Source: Phoronis australis
Lineage: Eukaryota > Animalia > Phoronida
NCBI GenBank assembly: GCA_002633005.1
Contig: NMRA01000828.1
Location: 66,450 to 130,449 of the forward strand
DNA: 64,000 nt
Reading direction: 5' to 3'
The notes beneath the pieces are model-generated. The model was not told the DNA's origin. It saw only the letters and a program-made list of their open reading frames with translations, and ran no database searches. Below are positions 38,301 through 49,687 of the stretch, piece after piece. The position numbers and the translations under genes were made by a program. Position 1 is the stretch's first letter. Every line of letters starts with the position of its first letter.

Positions 38301-41300
38301 TAGTACTCATATGGCACTCAATAACAATCGTGGAAAGACAAAAATAAAAAAACAATTTCAACGTAAGCCAAAAACTATTAACGAATAATTCAAAAGCTAT
38401 CAACTACTGACAAGTTATAACATGAGCACCAAGGTGAGGGGTAGGACAGCCAGTCAAGCACGTGTCTAGGAACATCAACTTTCAATGAAATTTTCAGATT
38501 TGCACACAATCAAAAGGCGATTTCCTCAAACTTCAAATTCTGTAGAGCAATTTTATGAAAATTGGTTGTATATTTCTGAGCCTCAAGGGTCTGAATTGAT
38601 TGGCACCAGTTTTGAGTAACTACAACAAAAACAGTAAATCTTTCAACTACTTGCTACACACACAGTATGGCGCATGCGTAAATATTTTGTCTAGTGACCA
38701 ACTTCAAAGTACTAAAGATAAAACATCTATGAGTTTCCATGACAACAACACTGTAATCAGTGAAAACAATAAGTGACAACTTATTTTATTTGTGATTTGA
38801 TTTTTTGGCACGTCGCAAAGCGAACTCAAAGCACTGAACCAGTGCTAACAAAAAATTCAAAAAAGGCGAATAAGAATTTTACACCATCATGAGTTTTAAT
38901 TGATGAAAATGAATCGGAAAAATAATAACAGAATTCCCATGTCACCAACCCTGTTTGTAACACCCTGTTTGTAACACCCTGTGTGAAGGTCCCATACCAG
39001 TAGATGAGCAGTCATCCATCTTAATCCCCTGAACACATACTACGATCATCGGAACCAGCAAATTTTACCTGTCCAGGTTTTTGTTACTGCGCCGTTTCTA
39101 AATGACACGCTGAATCCGAACACATCACCTGCCTTGGCATAGGGCATGTAACCTGAAACAACATAACATCATGCTGATGGAATATTGAAGGAAAAAGCTC
39201 CAAGAATAGCACCAGCCAACTTTGAAACGTAATTATGGTAATTCCATACTACAAAGCTATTACACTTGTAGCATGAAAAGAAACAAGTGGCGAGCAGCAT
39301 TTCATGTAGTTCCCCACATTTGAAAATCAAAAAGCGGACAAATGAATCTAGACCATTTCATATATGAAAATTATCAGCTGCATCACCTAAAAACACTGCG
39401 CATCAAGAATTAAAGATTAGGCTAATAAATATAAAAATGTAAAAAAACAGTCAAACTTAATTTTTTTGTGCATCCACCTGCCTCAATTGACAGAATTTTT
39501 AGTTATGCCTGGAATTGGTAAATCATATCGAAAAGCATAAAAATACACTATAATGTGTCAAATTCACCACATTTTAAAACGCCGGATATTTCTATGGTGT
39601 AGCCAGATGCGGGACAAGGCCTTAAGATGGTGGACCATTCTGCCAAAAGAGGGAGGGTTGGCAAGCGCAAGCACACATTCCATGAAAACACTAAATGCCG
39701 AGAAACACGAAATATAATTTTCAAGCAGACAGGAGTAAAAATGGAGACTGAATACCTACTCAATTCCCATATTATTAACTTTAATTTGATGGCGCTGCGT
39801 TAAAATATCGAAACTGCATCTTCTTAACACAGATTCCGCTGGAACTATCAGTAGCTGTAGTGTACACCTCAGTCATCTTTATCATTTCAATCAAAGCAAA
39901 AAGAGATTACAATTACCAGCTAATCTGTTTATAGTGACTTGTTGACATGGCTACAAGCATTAAAGGTGCAATATACCCGGGCCTTCTGTACAGGGCTCGA
40001 CATAACGAGCTGCAGGTCGCATTTGCGACCTGAAATTTGGTAATGCGAGCTGAGATTTTTGTCAAATCGCAAAATGCGACCTGGAATTTCCAACGAATGC
40101 GAGCTGAGTTTTTACACTTCTCAACAGATACCTGGCAAATACAAAGCAGCTCTTGTTAATCCGACCGTTATTTGGTTGTTGCCAATTCCAAGTTCAAAAG
40201 AACACTAACCGAGAACAGCCCTTCTGAGGACTTGTAAGCAAGTCGCGTGAACGTGGGATATGCAGAATCGATCTTTGACGCGTGTCATTGGCTAACACTT
40301 TCGGCCACTTTTGTAAATTCCCGGATTCGCCGAAGAAAGTTTCGGGCCACTGCTTTACACGTGATAAAACTTCACAAAATAACGGTGTTTCTATTAATTC
40401 TTAAGCGATAAACTTACCAAACTTTGTGGTGGACAAAAATATTTATTTTTCACAGAAGATGTCCTTATTACATGTACCAAATATCCACGACAATATCCCT
40501 GATATCGCACTGCGGCACCGTTAACGCGCACGCAGTCCCGGCAGACAATCGTGACTTAGACTGAGATGTGCTTCTCCTTTTTATCGTATTAAGACAGCCA
40601 AAGTGAAAATGACAACCTTATTAATCGCCAAACGACGGTCACGTCTTTACTTTCAGTTGCCAAGAAATTCTCAAACCCTTTACTTGTTTCTGGGGCTACG
40701 TGCGCGAAATATGATTTGTCTTTCACACGTTGTTGCCATCGTAAAGTGTAGGCCTACTCCAGCGATTCAAGTGTGTGAACTCACGCGTGCACCACTTCAA
40801 AGAACAGCGACAGTTCTAAATGAAAGAGTATACCGTCTTGGCTCTGGTTTATTTGAAATTGAACTCAGATTCCAAGCCGTTATAAAAGACCCGATGTCCC
40901 CGGGACCGATATAACCCAGAACTGAAGTTTTCCTGTTTTAGTACGATGTTTCCCGAGGTCGGTGTTCTGTAAACCCTGTATTCTATGCCCGTAGCCAGCT
41001 ATTGCAAATTGCAACTTAACTAGCAGTAGATGCGAAATTGTGGTTGAAGTTATTGAACATTTCATTCTTCTCTTTATACACCCCCCCCCGGCAACTTTTC
41101 GCTCCCCGAACCACCGTCGCCGTAAAATGTTCAGACTCCTATAGAAACAACCTTGTTCCGGCTGAAGCGGGCAGTTAAAAACAAAATCATTCCGGGTGGC
41201 TAAAAAGGGTACAATGTAGGTGGTAACGATATCCAGAAAGTCACCCCTACTAGATGGAGTTTGCCTCGCAAAATCGTATTATTATAACGTTTCTTACCAT

Positions 41301-44287
41301 TACAGCGTTTTAATATCTTATTACCGCAAACACTGAGGTTAACGACTATGCTCACGCACAAGCCTACTCCCTACCTTTAAAGTGTTTCATAATAAGCGCT
41401 CACTGATCTACATGTATTAAAAGTCTCCCCTTAAATTTTGAGAATTTCCAATTATGCGCCCACACTTCAAGCTAGCGCCCATCATAGCGCACTACAAACG
41501 ACCGCGTGTGGTTTAAAATTGACACGCAGCTTATATGGTGTGTCACTTTCATTTTACACAACTTGAGTTTTCAAAAACGTCTTTTCACAATATGTAAAAA
41601 CCAAATCCCAGCTTTGTTTTATACCTTGGAAAGAAAGTTAACACTAGTGACATGCGTGTCGTTTTGTGAATGACCTATTTTTTCCGTACTTGGAAGGTAT
41701 TGAAGAGCAAACTCGCCATTACCCAAGTTAGTTTGAATCTTTAACGACTTTGAGGACAGCCAGTAGCAGGCCAGATCTTACAAAATCCCGGATACTTTTT
41801 CAACGGGCATTTTCTCCCTTTTCACATCGCAAATTTAGCTACTCGAATGCACAAGTCAGTTAGAGAGCACTGATTCAACTTTCACGTCGGCAACTTTAAT
41901 GCCTTGCGCTCTAGAGTCTTTCAATGGCGGTTGTGAAGAACAGTAAGGCCATACCTGCATGAATGAAGTCAATTTTGAGATCCGAAATTTGTGAGTATTT
42001 AACAATGCAGGTAAGAGCATAATCTAAACATTTTCTCGATGATCTAAAAAATCTATTTTGGCACGTAAAAATGGCGGGAAAATTTTGCGACCTGGCATTT
42101 ACTAATGCGAGCTGGATTTTGAAAATGCGACCTGGGATTTTGGCTAGGTCGCAAAATGCGACCTGGCGATTTTAATAGCGTCGAGCCCTGCTGTAAGAAA
42201 CAACTTTTGATTTAGGCAACCTATAATTACAAAATCAGACTAGTTTGTACGTAGGACTCCACAAAAATGCCTAAATTCAATTGACTTCGGAACATTAAAC
42301 ATTAGGTTATAAGCGGACTGTACCGTGTAGTACTGAGTGACTCATCCCCCCTGTGACACCAATGGCACGTTCCAAGTCACTGTGATACTCTCCATAGAGA
42401 AAACCACCGTCCAATCTCATCAAAATAACCTCTTCTCCAAGCTCATTGTACCAGGAGCCTGCAATGGACTTGCACTTTGAACCTGCAACAATTAAAGTCA
42501 AGCAATAACCAATCCTGAATATTCCAAACAAGAATGATTCCCAAATGCAATTCGGAAGCGTTCACTTATTAAGTCATCACTCGAGGGTAGAAAAGATGAC
42601 AATTAATGATAATGGGAAGGTAGTTAGACTTATGGTGAAGTAAACGTACTAATAGTGAAGTCTATTGTGGTTTAGAATATCTCCATCATAGCTTAGTACA
42701 TACCATTAGGACAAAATACATTACTGTAATAAAATTTGCATTTTCTGTAACGTGAACTACATTCATTTGAAGACTGTCTGTTGGTGTGTAATGCTTATGC
42801 ATCCATCAGCAGTATATGAATGTAAGTTTTGATAACCATAACCCTGTCCTACATTCAACAAGATTAGGAAGACTTCCGATGCAAACACTGTAGTTATGTT
42901 CATATATTTAGCCACAGTGCGTAGAGCAAATTGTTTTAACTCGATGTTTCGTATAACTGTGCTTGTATACTATGTTCGTTATTGTACTTTGGGCCTCTGG
43001 CCTAAAATGCAAATAAAGTGTGGTATGGTGGGACACTTCTGCTGCTGACAACAATATCCAACCACCACATAACACATTCGAATTATTACCTGAACTGATT
43101 GTATTGTTTGTAATGAAAATAAAGAATGACCATTTGATTGCTGAAATTCATTACAGAATACAACAGCAGCAAATGCAACTTACAATTACATAAGAATCAT
43201 AAAAACGGAATATACAATGAGCTGTAGTTTCTTCCAAATACAAAGGAGGTTAACTGTGATGACGTAATTAGAGACTGGAAAGGGGATTATATCATGACGG
43301 GTAATGACAGTCTGGGGGGAAGTTATATCATGATGACGGGTGATGACAGTCTGGGGGAGGGTGTAAATAGTGGAAACACTTGGATGACATATGTGAACTT
43401 TATAGAAATGTCTAATCTGGTCTACTGTTAACTGTTCCAGGTAATGTTTTCTCCAACATCACACTCAGAGTTACACTACCTACCGGTATTTTCCATAGTC
43501 AAGCCCATGATGATGTATTTGAAAAATGGAAAGTTTGAGGTGTTTTAGTGACACCAAATAAACGTTTCATCAGGTGAGCTTATCTACGGAAAACCCTGCT
43601 TACAATCTATCACCCTTCAAGGAGTAATAAAATCATTGCCGATGTGATAATTGCTCAGCCCAAATATACAAAAGAAGTTAATTGCAGTGATATTCCTGAC
43701 CAAATATGAGCCTGTGCCCTTTGGACTCACCTGATGATTTCAGGTGTACCTTTATTCAAAAAGTTGTACCCAGCAAAAACTTAGTGTAATCAGTGTGACA
43801 ACATATGAAACAGAAACCCTCAAGCGCAATCAAAATATGAACTACGTCATGTTTTACGCGACTGGCTGTAAGCTGACTAGAACCTTGCAGTTTTGGAAGA
43901 GTGTTAATTTTAAAAGATGTGCCTGGGGGCACACTGCTGCAATACACTTGCCTATTCCTTTTTGACGCACTGGCGCAAAGTCGCAGTCCAAGAATATCCC
44001 AGTAATTGGCAGTTCATGGTGCTTGATTGTATCAGTGGACAAAGTAATCATAAAGGAACGCAGAAGAAATCGACACAATGTAGCCAAACAGTTTGCAAAC
44101 TACACTTATTTTGTTTGTAAGAAAAAAGCTGAGCATAAGATATTTATCTGACACAACGGAAAATTATGAACGATGTCAGTATGTCTTTTATGAAACGCTA
44201 AAACATACCTTCAACAGAGGACAGAACAAAGCAGGAGATATACACCAAGATTGAAGACAATTTCAGCCACACCTCCACCTCAGCCAT
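32182..44287 (-). CDS. Whole gene span: tandem (two-domain) avidin-like protein with signal peptide and GPI-anchor-like tail; 9 coding exons, 366 aa
   Basis: Exons 44287-44209, 42482-42324, 39152-39069, 37057-36864, 35977-35935, 34961-34866, 34470-34321, 33227-33084 and 32333-32182 join through GT-AG introns into one 1101-nt open frame with two avidin repeats. Confidence 0.88.
33084..33227 (-). CDS. Tandem avidin exon: domain 2, C-terminal part
   Basis: GQCHVCHKGGEPTIETTWILRTGVASCDDNWKSTIFGKNTFTR; TTTTCAG acceptor, G|GTGAGT donor. Confidence 0.92.
34088..34204. repeat. 31-bp minisatellite x about 3.7 (intronic)
   Basis: GAGATCAAACCCAACTTATCAAACCAATGGT units. Confidence 0.85.
34321..34470 (-). 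CDS. Tandem avidin exon: domain 2, middle part
   Basis: GEYRTGVERTRGSAGTTHSQVFG...LTLLVVWKNGSSITGFVG; phase 1-1, 150 nt. Confidence 0.9.
34866..34961 (-). CDS. Tandem avidin exon: domain 2, N-terminal part
   Basis: EVITKCSDISGAWYNDVGSEIILTQESSGEIKG; phase 1-1, 96 nt. Confidence 0.92.
35935..35977 (-). CDS. Tandem avidin inter-domain linker exon
   Basis: TTTTATTTTTCAG|SVEDRSKNRPQDSK|GTGCAG. This 43-nt phase 0-1 exon bridges the flanking exon phases. Confidence 0.7.
36097..36206. repeat. About 36-bp tandem repeat x3 (intronic)
   Basis: AAGGTATATTGATAGCAAAACAATGGAGTCAATTAC units. Confidence 0.85.
36864..37057 (-). CDS. Tandem avidin exon: domain 1 C-terminal part + start of linker
   Basis: GQCHVCDGEEQLVMSWLMRYSANTCRDKWKSTMIGQDIFTR...; donor GTG|GTAGGT. 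Confidence 0.9.
37057..37308. repeat. 50-bp tandem repeat x5, overlapping a splice acceptor
   Basis: GACACAGATA recurs at 37061, 37111, 37161, 37211 and 37261. Confidence 0.95.
39069..39152 (-). CDS. Tandem avidin exon: domain 1, middle part
   Basis: GYMPYAKAGDVFGFSVSFRNGAVTKTWTG (compare avidin FGFTVNW...TVFTG); phase 1-1, 84 nt. Confidence 0.9.
39991..42190. mobile_element. 2.2-kb non-autonomous DNA transposon in an avidin intron (CAGGGCTCGAC termini)
   Basis: CTGTA|CAGGGCTCGAC...GTCGAGCCCTG|CTGTA, with TGCGACCTG/TGCGAGCTG subterminal repeats at both ends. Confidence 0.8.
42324..42482 (-). CDS. Tandem avidin exon: domain 1, N-terminal part
   Basis: GSKCKSIAGSWYNELGEEVIL...GFLYGEYHS; TTGTTGCAG acceptor; phase 1-1, 159 nt. 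Confidence 0.92.
44209..44287 (-). CDS. Tandem avidin signal-peptide exon
   Basis: GCCATGG Kozak context; MAEVEVWLKLSSILVYISCFVLSSVEG; phase-1 donor G|GTATGT. An acceptor at 44307 implies a further 5' non-coding exon. Confidence 0.8.
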
Positions 44288-46552
44288 GGCCACACCTGAT
44301 CTTAGCCTGTCAGAAACACAATCAAGTGTAAGTGACTGGGCCCTTGAAAGGCAGAACAGATGGTCAATACAGCAAATCCTGGATGAGAGTCATGCTTCGA
44401 TTACGTTCTCAAGCAATTTAGATGTAAGTGCTCAGGAATAATACTCATTAGATTACATTAGGACATTCTTTAAAAGCAGACAATAAAGGCACTGCATGTT
44501 TTTAGTACCAAGTATCTTCAAGCAAGGATATACCTTAACCGAAACAGGGTAGTCGCTCCTATTTTTACCACGCCCACCGCAGTGTTATAAATGACCAGTT
44601 GCTGATTTGGGCAACTGAACGAAAGATTGCTGAAAGAAAAGTTTGATTACTGGAGTATTTGTTTGAGTTGGAAGGTCAAACATCGACGACCTCCTAAGTC
44701 GTCCCTCTATGCGTACTTATAATTAAATGACTGATATTTTCATCAGATATAATTCACCGAAAAGCTTCCGGCATATGAAGCTCGTTTCATTGGCCAAATG
44801 GATGAATGTTAGGCATGTAAATTATGTGCGCAAGTTATTATTGTTGTTAGAGGTGCAAAGTAATAATGTGGCGTAAAGTAATTAATTTACACATCTTTAC
44901 GCTGCAAACGCCATTAAAATTTACTTTACGCGGCAAATAATTATTTTACGAAGCAAATAATTACTTTACAACACCTCTAAAAAACTACCATACGCCTCAA
45001 ACAATTATTAACTTTGGCATCTAATTTACATGAGTAACGCTCACCCATTTGCCTAGCCATGCAATGATATTGACAGGAGCTTCACTGCTGTGCGTGAACT
45101 TGGAATCCTGCTTAATCTCAAGATTGAGTATGCGTGAACTTGGAATTGAATATTCTTTAAGGAAAGGAGAAATTTTTGTTCAGTGAAAATATTTTTGTAC
45201 TTAATTTAGGGTGAGCAAACCCAAATACAAATTTCATCAGAAACACTTGAAAATAGTGTTAAATGATAGCTTTAGACATGCCGTTTATACAACTTTTTGA
45301 ATTTTTCAAATCGGTTCGAGTTATTTGAATTTTAGAGCCTCAGAAATGGCCTTTTTTTCAGCAAACGGCACCCAGAAATTTCAGGCCACAGAAAATGGCA
45401 AGTTTAGACAACTATATTTGGGAATCCATAGCTCACAGTGTTCTTTAAACAAGATGGAGAGTCCTTTGCAAGTAGGTTAACAACATGGCATAGACACCAA
45501 ACCACAAATTATTACATTTTGCACGAACAAGAACAACAAAAATTAAAAAATTCACCATCGCCTTAGTTTTTTTCGACTTGTGACAGGACATTTTTGCCCT
45601 TGAAGCTAAGTTGAACAAGTGATGTTTTAAAAAGAGAGCAACTTATTACCTTGAAAATGACAAAACACTTCAAGAATTACTATGGTTTAGTGAACATGTT
45701 TCTTTTGCGCCAAAAGATTTTGAAATAACTCTAAAAAATGAAATTTGCATAGCAAATGAATTCAAAATGAGCAAAAACCAGAAAACTAGTCTTTTTTAGA
45801 GTATTTCGTTATTCATTTAAAAACCTATGAGGTTATGTAAATTAACCTTTTTTCCCAAGTAAGATCAATGTTTTCACAATCTTAAGTTGCACTCCAAATG
45901 ACAAAAAATGATAATATGCATTTTTAATTAAACAAAATTAAATTGGACCCTACAATTTCAACAAATTTTAAATCAATTTCATTCCTATCAAATAATATAG
46001 AAACTGAGAGGTATTGTGTTGGTGACTATCCAAAAAGAGCATATTTGTATACTAAAATGTTTTGATGCACTGCAGCGGTGACTGAACATTTATTTTCGTG
46101 AAATATGTAATTTTTTAAAAATGAAACTGATCACAGCGCCCCCACGAGGTAGTAAAAGTGTAACAGAAAATATTTTTGAAGAAAATAGAAAAAAATGACT
46201 CTATCCCCAAAATTGAAGTAAATTAAATTTCAAAAGTATTCTATATTATTTTAATGAAAATATTTTACCAGGTTTGGGCCACTTTTTGTAATTTAGAGAA
46301 GTTTTGACTGGTTCTGTTGAATACATTTGACCAATCAGGTTCGAGTTTAGTTTGAACCCTGCAAAGGTCAACATGGTTCTTGAAAAATGACTGAAGTTAC
46401 CTTTTTAGAAGTGTTCCTAAATGGAAATGGTGAGATAAAGTGAAAAAATTTGATCAGGAATGGATTAGGACATGATAAGTGATTATGACATTGAGTGTAC
46501 ACTTTCAGGATTTTTCCAGGTGAGAGAGTGGCGAGGCAGTAAATTAAAAAAN

Positions 46553-46670
46553 ACTTTGATGGTTTAGTCGGTGCGAGGCATAATTCGCCGAAAAGCTTCC
46601 GGCGTACAGAGCGCCTATAGCCTCTACATCGCCTCTGCTTCGGGCCAACAGAGGCGATGGTCATTGCCTA
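46553..46670. mobile_element. Right end of a second copy of the TAGGCAATGACCATC element (cut by the assembly N at 46552)
   Basis: Near-identical to about 48035-48156. Confidence 0.85.
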
Positions 46671-46952
46671 CTGCGAGTGCTGCAGTGTCAGTGCCATGGG
46701 GCCAGCAGTTGAAAGTGGTGGCTGTCTATATCTATCTGACTTTAGTGGCTGCCGGTAACAACACTAGCATAGAGGATAGTAGACCTGCTCAAATGTCACG
46801 GTTCGTAAAAAAATCTAATGGAGAAAACCTAGGAGGCTAAAACAACTCCCAGAGAAAACCGACAACCTTTCACGCCTGTCTCATGATCACCTTGAAACAC
46901 TTTACGGCTAACTTTGCGACATATCAAAAGCTTTGTTTATTGTTTCCAACAG

Positions 46953-47040
46953 ATGGAGCTGGGAACACTGACCTATTTCTGTGGAAGGCGACTGTTGACA
47001 AGTCATGAACGTTTTTCATCAACTTTCTTGAAGAGGATGA
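46953..47040 (+). other. ARL6IP6: Candidate upstream exon of ARL6IP6 (coding or UTR)
   Basis: TTTATTGTTTCCAACAG|ATG...GATGA|GTAAGT. The ATG frame is open and ends in phase 1, compatible with the exon at 49564. Confidence 0.4.
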
Positions 47041-47222
47041 GTAAGTCTAACGCTGTGACTGCTAAGAGTTTGTTGTGAGAATCGTAACGTTGTTTAACTA
47101 GCCCTCACTTTCCTTTGGATGGTGCAGCTAAACACCGTTTTAATTTAAAAAGAAACAACAATATGTTATCTTGTTTTGTTATCGTAGTTATTTCTTGATC
47201 CACATTAGCCTTAGCCCTTACT

Positions 47223-48156
47223 TAGGCAATGACCATCGCCTCTGTTGTTGGCCCGAACCAGAGGCGATGCAGAGGCTATAGGCGCTCTGTACGCCGGAAG
47301 CTTTTCGGCGAATTATGCCTTGCACCGACTAAACCATCAAAGTCACGTTGTTATAAATACCTTTTGCGCATAGAGGAACACCTGAGGAGGTTATCGATGT
47401 GTTTAATTCCTTCCAACTCGAACAAATACTCCCATTATCAAACTTTTTCTTCGCGCAGTCCCTATTTCAGTTCCCAAAATCGTGAAATCAAAATTTTCAT
47501 ATTTTTTAACCAGGCCGAAGGTCAGAAGTTGCGGTCCTACCGGCGAACTTTGAAAGCTGAAGTCCCCGCCCTCTGCGTACGTGCTGCAGGGAACCAGCCG
47601 TGCATTTGCCGTGTTGTTAAACATTAAAATGTCAAATATGTGCACAAAGACTATTAAATGTCATATCAACAGCATTCCTTTTTATCAAATACAAACAATA
47701 ATTCATTAAAATACAATCAGTTTCAAGTAACGCCAATTAAAGACAAGTAGTGGTGGCATTTTGGAAACGAACATTTGACTGAAAAGACCGCAGTGGCTCA
47801 CCTTTGGCCTATTTAAAGATTGAGGTCATGAAGTCACATCACCTAGCGAGCGCGGTAAAAATTGGAGCGTGCGCAGTATAAAAATGTTGAGTTCACAATT
47901 TTGGGAACTGAAATAGGGATTGCTCGAAGAAAAAGTTTGATAACGGGAGTATTTGTTCGAGTTGGAAGGAATTAAACACATCGACAACCTCCTCAGGTGT
48001 TCCTCTATGCTCAAAAGGTTTTTATAACAACGTGACTTTGATGGTTTAGTCGGTGCGAGGCATAATTCGCCAAAAAGCTTCCGGCGTACAGAGCGCCTAT
48101 AGCCTCTGCATCGCCTCTGGTTCGGGCCAACAGAGGCGATCGATGGTCATTGCCTA
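47223..48156. mobile_element. Foldback/MULE-like non-autonomous element with about 280-bp TIRs and a 9-bp flanking duplication GATCCACAT
   Basis: TAGGCAATGACCATCG...CGATGGTCATTGCCTA long inverted repeats. GATCCACAT occurs at 47197-47205 and 48157-48165. Confidence 0.85.
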
Positions 48157-49181
48157 GATCCACATCCGCTGCTACACAGGGTACCAACATGAGAATGTGA
48201 CCTGTCTGCTCTCATGGATGGGCAACTTGCGAAGTAAGGTTCAAGAGCTTGCCGCCGGTCAAACCATCGTTTGGCGGTTGCGGATGTGGTTAGTAACTAT
48301 AATAATTGCGATGATCTTCTATACGTGCAACAATTGAATTGTGTCTGATCCTGTATTTTGATTCATGTTGAAAACCATCCATAGGCACTGTTTTCAAGAA
48401 TGATCCCCCACTATGTCGAGTGATGATCATATTTATACCACAATATTAGCATCAAATGGCAAATACAACCGTGTAATAACCCATTTAGTTATCCCACTAG
48501 TGAGATAACATTTTGGCGGGAAACCGAGGCCGGTTTTGAACCGGGCCTCAAGAGGTCGCCAACTTTACCACTTTGCACACCACTCAGCAGCTGACGTCAT
48601 CGAACGTGAAAATAAAATACTTAAATCAGAGACTGATAATGTCTTTGCTTAAACGAGCACGCGCAACAATCGCATGTTCAGCAAAGGGCATTGTACCGAC
48701 ATTTATACGCTATGAAAAATAAGACGCATAATTTCCATTAAAACGATATTTTAATTCAGTGAAATTTTTCTCTCGTGTTCTCTCACTTGTAAATCACCCA
48801 TCTCCAACTTGAATATGGGTTTCGTGTCGTGGGAATCCTTTAATTGACTTGAGCATTATACTCAGTTACTAGTGGTAACCTACTTTAGCAGACGATATTT
48901 TCCCGGTCGAAGCTTAGCGTAATAAAATGTGTAGTAAGCTATAATAGTTGCTAAACCTTAATTTATAGATTCACTTTATTTCTATTTTGCTTAAATTTTC
49001 AATTGGTTTTGAATAAAATATTTGACAAAAATAGCTCAGCTTTTCTTAGGTCATGACCTCCGACCCCGGGCCTCTAACATAGAAATTAGTTACAAAGCCG
49101 AGGCGAGTCAAGAAAGGTAGATCGATTCATTGCAATGTTACTCGTTCAGTATGTGGTATAAATAGATTATTAAATGTTCTC

Positions 49182-49290
49182 AGTCGTTATCCCCTTTATC
49201 TAGAGCCCTCGTGGATTTTGTAGAATTATCACCCTCGGGCGATAATTCTCCAAAATCCACTCGGGCTCTAGATAACGGGGGATAATGACT
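49182..49290. repeat. About 110-bp imperfect palindrome (hairpin MITE-like)
   Basis: TTATCCCCTTTATCTAGAGCCC..GTGGATTTTG...CAAAATCCAC..GGGCTCTAGATAACGGGGGATAA. Confidence 0.8.
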
Positions 49291-49563
49291 TCGCCATGTA
49301 GTAATCTATTTTATGCAAAAATTGGTGGCCATCAAAATCGAAGATAGGTAGGGAGCAGGTACCCGAGTTAGCGATAGGGACGGAAAATTGAAGCAGGAAA
49401 GGAAAAATTGTGATTGGTGAAACTTCAAAAATGTGGTTGTGACTGAGTAGTGTAATTGACACAGTGGCTGAAGTAGTAGCCCAACCGATAATTACACTAT
49501 AATTACACTATAATTACACTATTCTCTTTATGATGTTTGATGAACATTCCATCTTTCTTGCAG

Positions 49564-49687
49564 GTTTTATTCTGTGGTCCCTGTGTGCTGGTGCAGCACT
49601 CTCGGTCCTCTCATGGGCACTGACTTACTTTGACAGTATAGAGTCAGGCATGGCTTCTTCTAGTCCAGTGTCACCTTCTAGAATCAA
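49564..49687 (+). CDS. ARL6IP6: ARL6IP6 (ARL6-interacting protein 6), penultimate exon
   Basis: FILWSLCAGAALSVLSWALTYFDSIESGMASSSPVSPSRI matches the remembered family motif [32 protein letters not shown] acceptor, GTAGGT donor. Confidence 0.9.

Noticed and set aside
39960-41380. Possible Kolobok element from TTAAAGGTGC (39960) to TACCTTTAA (41380)
   Set aside because: The ends match only over about 8 bp and would overlap the better-supported 39991-42190 element inconsistently.
43090-43760. Additional small exon candidates in the first coding intron of the avidin gene (about 43090-43140 and 43731-43749)
   Set aside because: Not needed for frame continuity. One would shift the frame and the other has no homology support.
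2359-44287. UGT cluster plus avidin as a functional defence gene cluster
   Set aside because: Only adjacency and shared strand support it; no shared regulatory or biochemical evidence in the sequence.
48515-48590. tRNA/SINE-like segment with a B-box-like GGTTCAAAACC on the minus strand
   Set aside because: No convincing cloverleaf or A-box could be built.
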